From Myxococcales bacterium (GTDB lineage: Bacteria; Desulfobacterota; Binatia; HRBIN30): 64,000 nt of DNA. The position numbers were made by a program, and so were the translations under genes. Below, piece after piece: positions 62,601-64,000 of the stretch (position 1 is the stretch's first letter; each line of letters starts with the position of its first letter). The notes below the pieces were generated by a model. It was not told the origin of the DNA and did not search any database. It saw nothing but the letters and a program-made list of their open reading frames with translations. Location: positions 64,001 to 128,000 of the forward strand of contig JBBILD010000006.1 in NCBI GenBank assembly GCA_037445065.1, read 5' to 3'.

Positions 62601-64000
62601 ATGTGTCAGGAGAGGAATGAATCGCGGCTCTGGTATGCCTTGCTCTTAGTTGCCTCGATGGTGGCGGTCGTGCGCCCCACATGGGCAGCGCCTGTGCCAT
62701 CGGTGAGTCTCGCGGTGCCGGGCTCGGTCCTGATCGGAGACCCGGTTTCTTTTACGGTGACGTTCGACAACGCATCGCCGACGGACGCCGGTTACGGGCC
62801 CTACATTGACCTCGAACTCCCTACCATTGGCGCCGACGGTGCCGGCCCAGCCACGGATGATGGGATCAGTTTCGTTGGCGCGACGTACTTGGGCGCGCCG
62901 GTGACGGCGACCGTACTGACCTGCCCCGTCGCTTCTCATCCCTTCACTGGGCTGCCGGTGACGTGCACGGCCGGGAACCAGCTCGTCGTGCTGGAACTCC
63001 CCTTTGGCAGCTTCACGAACGATCAGCCACCGGCAACGATCAACGTCAACACGAACTTGAGCAATCTTGCCGACCTGGGTGTGCCGCTCACCATCCGCGC
63101 CACGCCAGGGTTTCGTTTTGGGGCCGACCCGCTCGACAACCCGGGCACCGACCCGCCGATCATCGGCGCGACCCAAAACGCTGCCGTGACGCCGACCCTC
63201 ATCACGCTCTCGAAGAGCTATGACGGCCCGGAGGACGAGACCGCCACTGGGCCCAACTTTCCGCGCCGATATACGATCACGGTGGACGTCGCTCCCGGGC
63301 AAACAGTGACGAATTTGGATGTTCGCGATTTTCTGCCGAACAACATTTCGTTTAGCTCCGTGATCTCCATTACTCCGGGCAGCGGTGTGATTCTGCAACA
63401 ACCCCCCTCGGGTGTGGCCTCAAACCCCCCGAACAATGAGGTGCGGGTGCGGTTTGCCTCAGTCACGGGTGGTGCGGGACCGGATGCCACAGTGGTCTTT
63501 GAGTTTTTCGTTCCCGAATTCGATGCAAACGGTGCGCGGGTGATTGACGCGAATACCGGCGACGATGTGATTTCGGACAACCAAGCGAGGGCGGACGCGA
63601 ATTGGACGCCGATTGATACGCGCGATCCGGCTACGGCCGTGACCGTCGACCCCACTGGACCGGAGCATCGGCTCAATGATCGCTCGGTTGCAATTCAAAA
63701 GTCATCCTCGATCGTGTCGGACGTGGGCAATCCTGGGCCGTCGCCCGGCGACGTGGTCGAGTACGCGTTGGAGTTTCAGGTCTCTGATTTCTTCGCTTTC
63801 TCGAATCTCCGGATCGAGTATGACGTACTCTCCGACGGGCAGCGCCTGGACCCATCCTTTACCCCCACGTTGTCGGTCACCGAAAATGGGGCAACCACCT
63901 CGGGTCCCTTCTCTCCGACAAATTACAGTGTCACCGTGGACAGTCCTGGCACAGGCACCTCTCGGTTGTTCTTCGACATCTCGGGCGAGTTGGTGACAAG
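62598..64000 (+). CDS. Large secreted surface/fimbrial protein with isopeptide-type Ig-like repeats (5' part only; runs off the window; absent from ORF track)
   Basis: Open frame MMCQERNESRLWYALLLVASMVAVVRPTWA-APVPSV...GYGPYIDL...LPFGSF...TLSKSYDGPEDETATGPNFPRRYTITVDVA...DFLP...AIQKS...PGDVVEY. Confidence 0.85.
   Translation, partial: MMCQERNESRLWYALLLVASMVAVVRPTWAAPVPSVSLAVPGSVLIGDPVSFTVTFDNASPTDAGYGPYIDLELPTIGADGAGPATDDGISFVGATYLGAPVTATVLTCPVASHPFTGLPVTCTAGNQLVVLELPFGSFTNDQPPATINVNTNLSNLADLGVPLTIRATPGFRFGADPLDNPGTDPPIIGATQNAAVTPTLITLSKSYDGPEDETATGPNFPRRYTITVDVAPGQTVTNLDVRDFLPNNISFSSVISITPGSGVILQQPPSGVASNPPNNEVRVRFASVTGGAGPDATVVFEFFVPEFDANGARVIDANTGDDVISDNQARADANWTPIDTRDPATAVTVDPTGPEHRLNDRSVAIQKSSSIVSDVGNPGPSPGDVVEYALEFQVSDFFAFSNLRIEYDVLSDGQRLDPSFTPTLSVTENGATTSGPFSPTNYSVTVDSPGTGTSRLFFDISGELVT

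Overview
GC-rich (roughly two-thirds GC by eye) chromosome segment from a diderm bacterium. A Candidatus Binatia/Binatota-like origin is inferred from the C-terminal 'CxGDCNGDGxVTIDEL' dockerin-like module and the deltaproteobacterial-type gene set. Most of the window is housekeeping: lysS, tRNA-Leu(CAG), a ~11.6 kb lipid A/Kdo/core operon (skp-fabZ-lpxA-lpxI-gnnA-like-lpxB-msbA-lpxJ-like-waaA-lpxK-ycaR-Kdo kinase-GT9), pyrF, bioF-bioA-bioD, tatD, ilvD, gshA, a Sir2 deacylase and hsp20. Notable accessory content: (1) a bufferin-type RiPP cluster (Cys-rich secreted precursor, DUF692/MNIO, DUF2063); (2) a monoheme CxxCH-porin fusion with Cyc2-like architecture but a divergent motif; (3) an outer-membrane barrel paired with a 1058-aa lipase-like lipoprotein; (4) a secreted cohesin-linker-dockerin protein; (5) a DksA/TraR-BON fusion and hsp20, each behind a sigma54-like promoter; (6) a detox/catabolic cluster (GMC oxidoreductase with membrane anchor, haloalkane dehalogenase, crotonase, GST, LLM oxidoreductase); (7) three copies of a composite GTAG-REP doublet (REPIN-like) element, plus a ~2 kb gap full of decayed palindromes with an IS1182 remnant; (8) the 5' end of a large isopeptide-domain surface protein that the ORF track misses. 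No CRISPR array, rRNA, integrase or prophage was seen. All calls come from reading motifs by eye; no database searches were run.
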